Positions 1 to 8,679 of a DNA stretch of 59,218 bases are shown in pieces. The stretch is taken from NCBI GenBank assembly GCA_946410595.1, contig CAMKAU010000004.1:1-59218 (forward strand), written 5' to 3'. Source of the DNA: an uncultured Clostridia bacterium (GTDB lineage Bacteria; Bacillota; Clostridia; Oscillospirales; CAG-272). Within the stretch, counting starts at the first letter, position 1. Each line of letters opens with the position of its first letter. A model generated the notes under the pieces. It did no database searches. It was not told the origin of the DNA and was given only the letters and a program-made list of their open reading frames with translations. The position numbers and the translations under genes were made by a program.

Positions 1-246
1 ACAGGTATAATAGCCGTGCTCGCATTTTCCTCTGCCTTCCTCGCCGGGGCAGCCCCCCCGCCCGGTCCCGCCGCAGCCGTCGCACACGAGCTCGCCGGCA
101 TTCCCGCAGGTCGGGCAGGTAAAACGTCCCGTCTTATTGCAATGATAACATTCCTCCATATCCTTGGCGGACACGACCGCCGGAAACAGGGTGAAAAGGA
201 CGGCGAGTATCAGCGCTGCCGACAGAAAACGCACCTTTCGTTTCAC
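1..246 (-). CDS. Secreted protein with DnaJ-like Cys repeats (5' part only; runs off window edge)
   Basis: Not in the ORF track. Manual translation from GTG at 246: MKRKVRFLSAALILAVLFTLFPAVVSA-KDMEECYHCNKTGRFTCPTCGNAGELVCDGCGGTGRGGCPGEEGRGKCEHGYYTC, with no stop. GGAGG RBS upstream; Sec-type signal peptide. Confidence 0.85.
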   Translation of the reverse strand, partial: MKRKVRFLSAALILAVLFTLFPAVVSAKDMEECYHCNKTGRFTCPTCGNAGELVCDGCGGTGRGGCPGEEGRGKCEHGYYTC

Positions 247-293
247 AGACAGACCCTCCGTTTTTCGGGATGCCGCCGGGGCGGCTCATATCC

Positions 294-322
294 AGTATAA
301 CATACCCGACCGGGGGACGCAA
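294..322 (-). promoter_or_regulatory. sigmaA-type promoter for the left-edge gene
   Basis: Minus strand TTGCGT-N17-TATACT with TG extension. Confidence 0.65.
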
Positions 323-351
323 GCGCTCTTTTTCTTTTTTTCTTTTTTCTC

Positions 352-380
352 TTGACAAGCGGGGGAAGGCGTGTTACAAT
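352..380 (+). promoter_or_regulatory. sigmaA promoter of the GntR-ABC operon
   Basis: TTGACA-N17-TACAAT with TG extension. Confidence 0.85.
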
Positions 381-386
381 ACACCC

Positions 387-405
387 GTACTAACACAAAT
401 AATAC
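387..405 (+). promoter_or_regulatory. Putative YtrA-subfamily operator (autorepression)
   Basis: GTACTA-ACACAAA-TAATAC fits the GT-N2-TA-N7-TA-N2-AC inverted repeat of YtrA-type GntR sites and lies just downstream of the -10 box. Confidence 0.65.
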
Positions 406-428
406 AGATGGTACGGAAAGGAGAAAAC

Positions 429-809
429 GTGAGCAACATCCGGATCGACGTTAAATCCCGCACCCCGATCTTCGAGCAGCTCTGCGCCGGGATCCGGGAA
501 GAGATCCTCTCCGGGGCGATGGCGCCGGGCGAGGCGCTGCCGAGCGTGCGCGCGCTTGCCTGCGAGCTTGCCATCAACCCCAACACGATCCAGAAGGCCT
601 ACGCCGAGCTGGAGCGGCAAAAACTGATCTCCTCCGCGCCCGGCCGCGGCAGCTTCGTCTCCGACGACATCCGCCCGGCGATGGGCGCGTTTGAGGAGAA
701 GATCCTCGCGGACCTGCGGGCGGCGGTGCATCGGGCACGGCTCTGCTCGATCGCAAAAGAAAAACTGACCGAACTGATCGACAAAGAATGGGAGGGAACA
801 AAGCCGTGA
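429..809 (+). CDS. GntR family transcriptional regulator, YtrA subfamily
   Basis: PIFEQL...LPSVRALACELAINPNTIQKAYAELE...GRGSFV wHTH with short C-terminus. Start moved to GTG 429 (AAAGGAG RBS). Confidence 0.93.
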   Translation: MSNIRIDVKSRTPIFEQLCAGIREEILSGAMAPGEALPSVRALACELAINPNTIQKAYAELERQKLISSAPGRGSFVSDDIRPAMGAFEEKILADLRAAVHRARLCSIAKEKLTELIDKEWEGTKP

Positions 810-1705
810 TCTCAATTCAATCGGTAGCCAAGACCTTCGGCGACGTCCAGTCGCTCGACAAGGTGACCGCCCGCATCGGGGAGGGCTCGATCTTCGGGCT
901 GATCGGCTCGAACGGCTCGGGCAAATCGACCCTTTTGCGCGTGATGGCGGGCATTTTGCGCCCCGACACGGGCGAGGTGAAGTACGACGGCATCCCCGTG
1001 TGGGACCGGCCGGACGTGAAAAAACGCATCTTTTATATCTCCGACGACCAGTTCTTTCTGCCGGGGTCGGACATTCTCGAGAACGCCAGGTTCCTCTCCT
1101 CCCTCTACCCGAACTACGACGTGGAGGAGGCGCTGCGGCTGGCGCGGGCGTTCAACCTGCCGGAAAAGCGGAAGATCCAGTCCTTTTCAAAAGGCATGCA
1201 GAAGCAGACGGCGATCCTCCTCGGACTGGCCGCCAAGCCGGACTGGCTTTTCTGCGACGAGACCTTCGACGGGCTTGATCCCGTGATGCGCGAGATCGTG
1301 AAAAAGCTCTTTGCCCGCGAAGTGGCGGAGCGGAAGATGACCGCGGTGATCGCCTCGCACAGTCTGCGGGAGCTGGAGGACATCTGCGACCATATCGGGC
1401 TGCTGCACAAGGGCGGCATCCTCTTTGAGAGCGATATCGACGAGCTGAAAAGCCAGCTGCATACCGTGCAGGCGGGCTTTGAGAAGCTGCCGGAGCGGAT
1501 CCGGTGCGATGGTCTGCACTTTGTCCGGATCACCGGGCGCGGCAACTTTATTACCGCGGTGGTCGGCGGCGAGGAGGAGGCGGTGCGCGCCTACTTCTCT
1601 TCCCTCTCCCCGCTCTACTTTGAGCTGATCCCCCTCACGCTGGAGGAAATCTTTATTGCGGAAATGGAGGCAAGAGGCTATGACAGCGGATCTTTCCTTG
1701 AATAA
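806..1705 (+). CDS. ABC transporter ATP-binding protein (YtrB-like)
   Basis: Walker A GSNGSGKS, signature FSKGM, Walker B LFCDETFDGLD, SH loop. GTGA overlap with the GntR gene. Confidence 0.93.
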   Translation: MISIQSVAKTFGDVQSLDKVTARIGEGSIFGLIGSNGSGKSTLLRVMAGILRPDTGEVKYDGIPVWDRPDVKKRIFYISDDQFFLPGSDILENARFLSSLYPNYDVEEALRLARAFNLPEKRKIQSFSKGMQKQTAILLGLAAKPDWLFCDETFDGLDPVMREIVKKLFAREVAERKMTAVIASHSLRELEDICDHIGLLHKGGILFESDIDELKSQLHTVQAGFEKLPERIRCDGLHFVRITGRGNFITAVVGGEEEAVRAYFSSLSPLYFELIPLTLEEIFIAEMEARGYDSGSFLE

Positions 1706-3179
1706 AAAGCGCAGGGTCCCCTTCTTCTGGCGGCAGTTCCTTTCCCAGAAGACGGCGCTGATCCTCTCCGTACTCATCTTTTTCCTCTCCATGTCGGTTC
1801 CGATGCTCTCCGCCGTATCCGAGCGGTGGGACGGCGCCGAGATCACGGAGACGGAGAAAACCTTTTCCCTCTTTGAATCGGTCTTAGGGATCGTCAGCGT
1901 ATCGACCTTCCTTTTGATGGCGCTCACCGCCCTCTCGGCGGCGCTTACCTTCGGCATTTACGCCGACCGGAAAAGCGCTTACTACTACTGCGCGCTCCCG
2001 GTCAGCCGCGACGCGCTCTTCTGCCAGCGGACGCTTGCGGGCTTCCTTGCCCCGCTGCCCGGCTATCTTGTGAACTTCCTTCTTGTGCTGGCGATGCTGC
2101 TGACCGCCCCCGTCGGCGTCGGTCCGATCGTCCCGATGCTCTTTGCCTATACGGGGTACGCGATCCTCTTCTCCGCCGCGGCCTACGCCGTCTGCGTTTT
2201 CGCCGCCTCGCTCACCTCAAACAAGATCGGGACCCTGCTCCTCTCCGGCTATCTCTTTCTCCTCGCCCCGGTGCATCTCGGGCTCGCCAAGCTCCTGACG
2301 GACGAGTTCCTGCCGGGCGGAAAGGAGTTCGTCTTCTTTGAAAAAAACGGCCTTTACTGGCAGATCATCAAGCGTTCCTCTCCGCCGGCGATCGCGGCCC
2401 GGTTCTTCGAAATGGCGGAAGACCAGACGCGCTATCGGTACGGGGATGATACGCGGTTGCTTGCGGAGTGTATGCAGCGCGTCTCCCTGCCGGCGGCGGA
2501 AACGGTCCTGCTGATTGTGATCTCCCTCCTGCTCCTTCTTGCCGCGCTCTTGATCCACCGGCGCCGTCCGGCGGAGAATGCGGGCGAGACCTTCGCCTTC
2601 CCGCGCGCGGGAGAGGTGATCAAGTACAGCATCCTCGTTTCCTGCGGCGCCGCCTTCGGTCTCTTCTTTGAAGGGCTACTCTTCGACACGCTGCTCGCCT
2701 TCTTCTTCGGCGTCGTCTTCGGCGTCGTCTTCGGCACGGTGATCCTCAATCTTGTGATCTACCGCACGCCGAAAAAGATCTTCTACAAGCCAAAACGCCT
2801 CCTCGTCTTCACCGCGATCCTGCTCGCCGTTTTCCTGCTTGCGGCGATCCTCTGCAACCAGACGGGCAGCTTCCGCTTTACCGCGGAGAACGTGGCAACG
2901 GTCTCCTTCCAGCACGGCGATCCGGTCCCGGCCGAGCAAATCGACCGCGAGCTTCTGTCGCAGGTCCTGGAAACGTGGGACGCGGCGGAGGACGATCCCT
3001 ATTATTATCGCGAGTACAGCAAAGAAGACCCCCGTTACTCGATCTGGGTGGAGATGAACTCCCGGTGGGGCCTGACCGAGAGCCGCTACGTTATTTTCTC
3101 CTCCGATCTCATCAACCGGCTCAATCCCTATTTCGATGAAAAAGACTACATCGCCATCCCGGAGCAGGGATCCTTTTAA
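1680..3179 (+). CDS. ABC transporter permease (YtrC-like, multi-TM)
   Basis: Many hydrophobic segments, ALPVSRDALF motif, overlaps the ATPase gene end. Start at ATG 1680. Confidence 0.8.
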   Translation: MTADLSLNKKRRVPFFWRQFLSQKTALILSVLIFFLSMSVPMLSAVSERWDGAEITETEKTFSLFESVLGIVSVSTFLLMALTALSAALTFGIYADRKSAYYYCALPVSRDALFCQRTLAGFLAPLPGYLVNFLLVLAMLLTAPVGVGPIVPMLFAYTGYAILFSAAAYAVCVFAASLTSNKIGTLLLSGYLFLLAPVHLGLAKLLTDEFLPGGKEFVFFEKNGLYWQIIKRSSPPAIAARFFEMAEDQTRYRYGDDTRLLAECMQRVSLPAAETVLLIVISLLLLLAALLIHRRRPAENAGETFAFPRAGEVIKYSILVSCGAAFGLFFEGLLFDTLLAFFFGVVFGVVFGTVILNLVIYRTPKKIFYKPKRLLVFTAILLAVFLLAAILCNQTGSFRFTAENVATVSFQHGDPVPAEQIDRELLSQVLETWDAAEDDPYYYREYSKEDPRYSIWVEMNSRWGLTESRYVIFSSDLINRLNPYFDEKDYIAIPEQGSF

Positions 3180-3189
3180 CAGACAGCAA

Positions 3190-3237
3190 AACAGAACCGC
3201 GCCGACCGTCCTGAAGGGCGGTCGGCGCGGTTCTGTT
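3190..3237. terminator. Long hairpin between convergent genes (probable terminator)
   Basis: AACAGAACCGCGCCGACCGTCC-tgaa-GGGCGGTCGGCGCGGTTCTGTT. Confidence 0.75.
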
Positions 3238-4079
3238 CATTGCGGAAAAAGCAGACGGGCGAGGCGGGCGTAATCCTCCGGGGGGAGGCGCTCTCCTCTC
3301 ACGTCGGCGGGATAGCCGAGGGAGGAGAGGATCTCGCCGAGCTCCTCTTTGGATCGGCCGTGCGGAAGGGCGGCGAGGGCGTTTGCAAGCGTTTTGCGCC
3401 GTTGGGAAAACGCCGCGCGCACGACCGAGCGGAAGGCGGGCTTTTTCTCATCCGCAAGGAGCGGCTCCTCCCGGGGGGTGATCCGCACGACGGCGGAGTC
3501 CACCTTCGGCGCCGGGTAAAAATGCCCGGCAGAGACGGAAAAGAGTTTTCTGACCGTACCGTACGCGCCGAGGGCGACGGTAACGGCGCCGTAGTCCCGC
3601 CCGCCGGGCGGCGCCGTAAAGCGCGCGGCGACCTCCGCCTGCACCATCACGGTCAGGGAAACGAAGGGGACGGGCGAGGCGATCAGCTCCATCAAGATCG
3701 GCGTGGTGATATAATAAGGGAGATTGGCGCAAACGGCGACCCGGCTGCCGGGCGCGAAGAGCGAGGGAAGGTCGGTCTTCAAGATATCGCCGTGGATCAC
3801 GCGGACGTTTGAAAACTCCGCGAGCGTCTCGCCGAGGACCGGGATCAGCCCCGCGTCTAACTCCACGGCGGTCACGCGCGGATTGACGCGGCAGAGCTCG
3901 GCGGTGAGACACCCGATCCCCGGGCCGATCTCCAGCACCTCGTCCGCCTCTCCGACCGCTTCGGCGATGCGGCGGGGGACGTCCGGATCGATGAGAAAGT
4001 TCTGCCCGAGGGATTTCTGCATCCGCAGGCCGTGCGCGTCGAGCAGCGCGCGGATGACCGAAAGATCGCAAAGGTCCAT
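3237..4079 (-). CDS. rsmA: 16S rRNA adenine dimethyltransferase RsmA/KsgA
   Basis: KSLGQNFL, VLEIGPGIG, ANLPYYIT, FYPAPKVDS, RRKTL motifs. Confidence 0.97.
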   Translation of the reverse strand: MDLCDLSVIRALLDAHGLRMQKSLGQNFLIDPDVPRRIAEAVGEADEVLEIGPGIGCLTAELCRVNPRVTAVELDAGLIPVLGETLAEFSNVRVIHGDILKTDLPSLFAPGSRVAVCANLPYYITTPILMELIASPVPFVSLTVMVQAEVAARFTAPPGGRDYGAVTVALGAYGTVRKLFSVSAGHFYPAPKVDSAVVRITPREEPLLADEKKPAFRSVVRAAFSQRRKTLANALAALPHGRSKEELGEILSSLGYPADVRGERLPPEDYARLARLLFPQ

Positions 4080-4144
4080 GTTTTCTGCCTTTCCTCCCTT
4101 TTTTCTCCCCTCTCCGGGAGTTTGCGGGGATTTTCAAAATCCCC

Positions 4145-4173
4145 TTGACAAAAGGGATCGCGGTATGTATAAT
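4145..4173 (+). promoter_or_regulatory. Consensus sigmaA promoter of tRNA-Thr
   Basis: TTGACA-N17-TATAAT. Confidence 0.9.
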
Positions 4174-4189
4174 ATCAGTGTTGCTTTTT

Positions 4190-4265
4190 GCTGGTATGGC
4201 TCAGTTGGTAGAGCAGTTGATTCGTAATCAACAGGTCGCCGGTTCAAGTCCGGCTACCAGCTCCA
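4190..4265 (+). tRNA. tRNA-Thr(CGT)
   Basis: 76-nt cloverleaf; anticodon arm GTTGA-TTCGTAA-TCAAC; GGTTCAAGTCC T-loop; encoded CCA. Confidence 0.97.
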
Positions 4266-4367
4266 AAAATCCTGCGCTCCGGCGCGGGATTTTTCCTTAT
4301 TCACTCTTCACTTACTTTCCCCGCGTCCGCACCGAGAAAATCCGCCCAACAGGGCGGATTTTTCAGT

Positions 4368-4904
4368 TTATTGCATTTCTTCCTTCAGATAGGTCTTTTT
4401 CAGCGCGAGGACGGTGGAGGGGATAAAGAGGATCTGCAAAACGATCCCGGGGAGAGAGGTAACGAAGTAGGCGGTCCAGAAGGCGGAGAAGCTGTAATTG
4501 CCAGCGGAAAAGATGAACGCTTTGGCGAGTCCCGCGATGATCCGCCCCGCGAGCATCGCGCCGATGAGGGAGGCGTAGAGATTAAAGTAGGTCCATTTGG
4601 TCTTGAAGACCTTGACAAGCAGTCCCGCGACCAGACCGTAGACGCAGCACTCGATCAGCATGGCGGGCAGGACGGCGGCCGGGGGCATCCCGGTGATGAT
4701 ATGCGAGAGAAAAACGCCGATCAGGCCGCAGGCGGCGCCGTAGTACCAGCCGCAGAGAAGCCCGCAGATCAGCACGGGGATGTGCATCGGCGAGATAACC
4801 GAGCCCGCGTTCGGGACCGCGTGGAAGGCGATCGGCAGAACGACGCAGAAGGCGGCGAGCAGCGCCGCGGCGATCATTTTTTTGAGTTCGGTCCTTGTTT
4901 TCAT
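4368..4904 (-). CDS. ECF transporter S-component (vitamin/cofactor substrate unknown)
   Basis: ~178 aa, hydrophobic, PMHIPVL..G...G motif. Start moved to ATG 4904 (AAAGGAAG RBS). Confidence 0.85.
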   Translation of the reverse strand: MKTRTELKKMIAAALLAAFCVVLPIAFHAVPNAGSVISPMHIPVLICGLLCGWYYGAACGLIGVFLSHIITGMPPAAVLPAMLIECCVYGLVAGLLVKVFKTKWTYFNLYASLIGAMLAGRIIAGLAKAFIFSAGNYSFSAFWTAYFVTSLPGIVLQILFIPSTVLALKKTYLKEEMQ

Positions 4905-4920
4905 ACAGCTTCCTTTCTTG

Positions 4921-4955
4921 AAAAGAGCGCGGCGGGATCCCGCCGCGCTCTTTTT
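4921..4955 (-). terminator. Hairpin/terminator after PFOR
   Basis: Perfect palindrome AAAAGAGCGCGGCGGGA-TCCCGCCGCGCTCTTTT. Confidence 0.75.
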
Positions 4956-4962
4956 CTCCGTT

Positions 4963-7900
4963 TTACTCGTAGAGCTTGCCGAGCTTCTGGAGTCTCTCGT
5001 ACTTCGCCTTCGACGCTTCCTTTGCCTCCGCAAAGAGCTTTTCGGCTCTCTCCGGGAAGGCGCGGAGCAGGCTGCTGTAACGGGTCTCGGACTCGATGAA
5101 CTCGATGTAGCTGTCGTTGTTGGGTTCCTTGGAGTCGAGGGTGAAGGGGTTCTTCCCTTCCGCTCTCGCCGCCGGGTTGTAGCGGAACATCTGCCAGTAG
5201 CCGCACTCGACCGCGCGCTTCATCTCGCTCTGGCAGTTGGTCATGCCGCCCTTGACGCCGTGCATCTCGCAGGGCGCGTAGCCGATGACGATGGACGGGC
5301 CGTGGTACGCCTCCGCCTCGGTCAGCGCCTTGATGGTCTGGTTCATATCCGCGCCCATCGCGATCTGCGCGACGTAGACGTAGCCGTAGGACATTGCGAT
5401 CGCGGCAAGGTCTTTCTTCTTGATCGCCTTGCCGGCCGCCGCGAACTTCGCGACCTGACCGATGTTCGAGGCCTTGGACGCCTGTCCGCCGGTGTTGGAG
5501 TAGACCTCGGTATCGAAGACCATGATGTTCACGTCCTCGCCGGAGGCGATCACGTGGTCAAGACCGCCGAAGCCGATGTCGTACGCCCAGCCGTCGCCGC
5601 CGAAGATCCAGACGGACTTCTTGGAGAGGTATTCCTTGCCGGCCAGGATCTTGTCCTTGAGCTCGTTCCGGCAGCCGCAGGCCTCGAGCGCGGCGATCAG
5701 TTCCTTCGTCGCGGGCTCGTTTTCGGCGCTGCTGTCCTTCGTATCGAGATACTTCGCGCAGGCGGCTTTGACCGCTTCGCTTTCCGCGGTGGCGGCCAGC
5801 TCGGCGACACAGGCGATCAGGCGCTCGCGGAGCGTCTTCTGACCGATATACATCCCGAGGCCGTGCTCGGCGTTGTCCTCAAAGAGGGAGTTCGCCCAAG
5901 CGGGACCTCTGCCGCTCTCGCGGTTGACGGTGTAGGGGGTCGCCGGCGCGGAGCCGCCCCAGATGGAGGAGCATCCGGTCGCGTTGGAGATATACATCCG
6001 CTCGCCGAAGAGCTGGGTAATGAGACGCGCGTAAGAGGTCTCGGCGCAGCCGGCGCAGGAGCCGGAGAACTCAAGCAGCGGCTGCTTGAACTGGCTTCCC
6101 TTGACGGAGCTGGTGTTGAAGGGGAGATCCTTCGAGGCGACCTTGGCGACCGCGTAGTCGAACGCCGCCTGCTGAGCCGCCTGGCTCTCCTGCGGGACCA
6201 TCTTCAGCGCGCGCTTCTCTTCCTTGGTCGGGCAGACCTTAACGCAGAGGCCGCAGCCCATGCAGTCGAGCGGGCTGATCGCCATCGTGAACTTGTAGCT
6301 TTCGCAGCCCTTGCCGATCATCTTCGGCGCGAACTTCGTGGAGGCGGGAGCGTTCTTCGCTTCCTCCTCGCTCATCGCGAAGGGACGGATGGTGGCGTGC
6401 GGGCAGACGTACGCGCACTGGTTGCACTGGATGCAGTTTTCGGCCGTCCACTCGGGAACGTCCACGGCCACGCCGCGCTTCTCGTAGGCGGCGGCGCCCT
6501 GCGGGAAGGTGCCGTCCACATAGTCGGAGAAGGCGGAAACGGGCAGCGAATCGCCGTCCATCAGGGAGACGGGCGCGACGATATTGTTGACGAAACGGAC
6601 GAGCTCGGGGCGCGTGCCTTCCGCCAGCTTCTTCGCCGTATCGTTCTTCGCGTCCTTCCAGGAGGCGGGAACGTTATACTTGACGATCGCGTTCACACCG
6701 GCGTCGATGGCCTTGTAGTTCATCTCAACGATGGCTTCGCCCTTCTTGAGATAGGACTTCTTCGCCATATACTTCATATAATCGACGGCCTGGTCGATCG
6801 GCAGGATGTTCGCCAGCGCGAAGAACGCGGACTGGAGGATGGTGTTGGTACGCTTGCCCATACCGATCTCGCGCGCCTTGTCGATCGCGTTGACGGTGTA
6901 GAAGTTGACGTTGTTCTCCGCGATGTAGCGCTTGACCTCGGCAGGCAGATGGCGCTCGACCTCCTCGGCGGTCCACTGGCAGTTGAGAAGGAAGGTGCCG
7001 CCCGGCTTGACGTCGTTGACGATCTTGTAGCCCTTGAGAATGTAGGAGGGGTTGTGGCAGGCGACAAAGTCCGCCTTGGTGATGTAGTAGGGCGATTTGA
7101 TCGGGTTATCGCCGAAGCGGAGGTGGGAAATGGTGATACCGCCGGTCTTCTTGGAGTCGTACTGGAAATACGCCTGAATGTACTTGTCGGTATGGTCGCC
7201 GATGATCTTGATGGAGTTCTTGTTCGCGCCGACGGTACCGTCGCCGCCGAGACCCCAGAACTTGCAGGCGATCGTGCCCTTCGGCGCGGTGTCGGGCGCG
7301 GGCTTCTCCTCGAGGGAGTGGCCGGTCACGTCGTCGACGATGCCGAGGGTGAAGCCGTTTTTGGGCTCGTCCTTCGCCAGATTTTCGTAAACGGCGAATA
7401 CGGACGCCGGAGGCGTATCCTTGGAGCCGAGGCCGTAGCGGCCGCCGACGACCTTGGCGGAAACGCCGGACGCGGCGAGCGCGGTAACAACGTCGAGGTA
7501 AAGGGGCTCGCCGAGGGAGCCGGGCTCCTTCGTGCGGTCGAGGACGGCGATCTTCTTCGCGGTCTTCGGCAGCGCTTCCACGAGCTTGGAGGCAACGAAC
7601 GGACGGTAGAGACGGACCTTGACAAGGCCGACCTTTTCGCCCTTGGCGGTCAGGTAGTCGATGACTTCCTCCGCCACGTCGCACATGGAGCCCATGCAGA
7701 CGATCACGCGGTCCGCGTCCGGAGCGCCGTAGTAGTTGAAGAGCTTATAGTCGGTGCCGATCTTCTCGTTGACCTTGCCCATATACTCTTCCACGATGGC
7801 GGGCAGCGCGTCGTAATACTTGTTGCACGCCTCTCTGTGCTGGAAGAAGATATCGCCGTTTTCGGCGGAGCCGCGGAGCACGGGATGCTCGGGGTTGAGC

Positions 7901-8520
7901 GAACGCGCGCGGAAAGCGGCAACGGCGTCCGCGTCGATCATCGACTTGAGATCCTCGTAGTCCCAGACCTCGATCTTCTGGATCTCGTGGGAGGTACGGA
8001 ACCCGTCAAAGAAATGGATGAAGGGAACGCGGCCCTTGATCGCGGACAGGTGAGCGACCGCGCCGAGGTCCATGACCTCCTGGGGGTTGGTCGCCGCGAG
8101 CATCGCAAAGCCGGTCTGGCGGCAGGCGTAAACGTCGCCGTGGTCGCCGAAGATGTTCAACGCGTGGGTCGCCACGCAGCGGGCGGAAACGTGGATCACG
8201 CAGGGGAGCAGCTCGCCGGCGATCTTATACATATTCGGGATCATCAGAAGAAGTCCCTGGGACGCCGTGTAGGTCGTGGTGAGAGCGCCCGCGGCGAGAG
8301 AGCCGTGGACCGCGCCGGCCGCGCCGGCTTCCGATTCCATCTCGATGACCTTGACCTGATCGCCGAACACGTTTTTCAGTCCGGTGGCGGACCACTGGTC
8401 GGTGACCTCAGCCATCGGGCTGGAGGGGGTGATGGGGTAAATCGCCGCTACTTCGGTAAACGCATAGCTTACGTGCGCCGCAGCGGTGTTGCCATCCATC
8501 GATTGCTTTTGTCTTGCCAT
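4963..8520 (-). CDS. nifJ: Pyruvate:ferredoxin (flavodoxin) oxidoreductase, single-chain type
   Basis: DGNTAAAH, YPITPSS, two ferredoxin Cys clusters (CIQCNQCAYVCP, CMGCGLCVKVCP), GGDGWAYDIG TPP motif. Confidence 0.98.
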   Translation of the reverse strand: MARQKQSMDGNTAAAHVSYAFTEVAAIYPITPSSPMAEVTDQWSATGLKNVFGDQVKVIEMESEAGAAGAVHGSLAAGALTTTYTASQGLLLMIPNMYKIAGELLPCVIHVSARCVATHALNIFGDHGDVYACRQTGFAMLAATNPQEVMDLGAVAHLSAIKGRVPFIHFFDGFRTSHEIQKIEVWDYEDLKSMIDADAVAAFRARSLNPEHPVLRGSAENGDIFFQHREACNKYYDALPAIVEEYMGKVNEKIGTDYKLFNYYGAPDADRVIVCMGSMCDVAEEVIDYLTAKGEKVGLVKVRLYRPFVASKLVEALPKTAKKIAVLDRTKEPGSLGEPLYLDVVTALAASGVSAKVVGGRYGLGSKDTPPASVFAVYENLAKDEPKNGFTLGIVDDVTGHSLEEKPAPDTAPKGTIACKFWGLGGDGTVGANKNSIKIIGDHTDKYIQAYFQYDSKKTGGITISHLRFGDNPIKSPYYITKADFVACHNPSYILKGYKIVNDVKPGGTFLLNCQWTAEEVERHLPAEVKRYIAENNVNFYTVNAIDKAREIGMGKRTNTILQSAFFALANILPIDQAVDYMKYMAKKSYLKKGEAIVEMNYKAIDAGVNAIVKYNVPASWKDAKNDTAKKLAEGTRPELVRFVNNIVAPVSLMDGDSLPVSAFSDYVDGTFPQGAAAYEKRGVAVDVPEWTAENCIQCNQCAYVCPHATIRPFAMSEEEAKNAPASTKFAPKMIGKGCESYKFTMAISPLDCMGCGLCVKVCPTKEEKRALKMVPQESQAAQQAAFDYAVAKVASKDLPFNTSSVKGSQFKQPLLEFSGSCAGCAETSYARLITQLFGERMYISNATGCSSIWGGSAPATPYTVNRESGRGPAWANSLFEDNAEHGLGMYIGQKTLRERLIACVAELAATAESEAVKAACAKYLDTKDSSAENEPATKELIAALEACGCRNELKDKILAGKEYLSKKSVWIFGGDGWAYDIGFGGLDHVIASGEDVNIMVFDTEVYSNTGGQASKASNIGQVAKFAAAGKAIKKKDLAAIAMSYGYVYVAQIAMGADMNQTIKALTEAEAYHGPSIVIGYAPCEMHGVKGGMTNCQSEMKRAVECGYWQMFRYNPAARAEGKNPFTLDSKEPNNDSYIEFIESETRYSSLLRAFPERAEKLFAEAKEASKAKYERLQKLGKLYE

Positions 8521-8580
8521 TTTCATTCCTCCGTTTTATCTTGATTTCTCTCTCCGAGAAGGTAAAAATAAACCTTATCT

Positions 8581-8609
8581 ATCATAACACTTTATTTGCC
8601 TTTTGTAAA
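8581..8609 (-). promoter_or_regulatory. sigmaA promoter of PFOR
   Basis: TTTACA-N17-TATGAT with TG extension. Confidence 0.7.
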
Positions 8610-8679
8610 GGGTTTTCGCCGTTTTTCTTGCGGTTTTTCGCAAAAGAAAACGGGGGGAGAAAAGGCGGCTGTCCGCCTT

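Noticed and set aside
53-59. C7/G7 tract in the left-edge gene as a phase-variation site
   Set aside because: Short, in frame, and expected by chance at this GC content.
16-358. Short track ORFs 16-300, 134-358 and 164-355
   Set aside because: The minus-strand frame from GTG 246 has a promoter, RBS, signal peptide and repeats, and explains the region better.
2704-2735. 12-bp tandem repeat, about 2.7 copies (FGVVFGVVFG)
   Set aside because: In-frame repeat within a TM helix; no spacers and no evidence of function.
4145-4426. 93-aa ORF over tRNA-Thr, and the upstream extension of ORF 57101-58174 over the tRNA pair
   Set aside because: Spurious frames crossing tRNA genes.
4780-8544. 1254-aa plus-strand ORF
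   Set aside because: Antisense shadow of PFOR; strong GC3 codon bias removes stops on the opposite strand, and it has no recognisable motifs.
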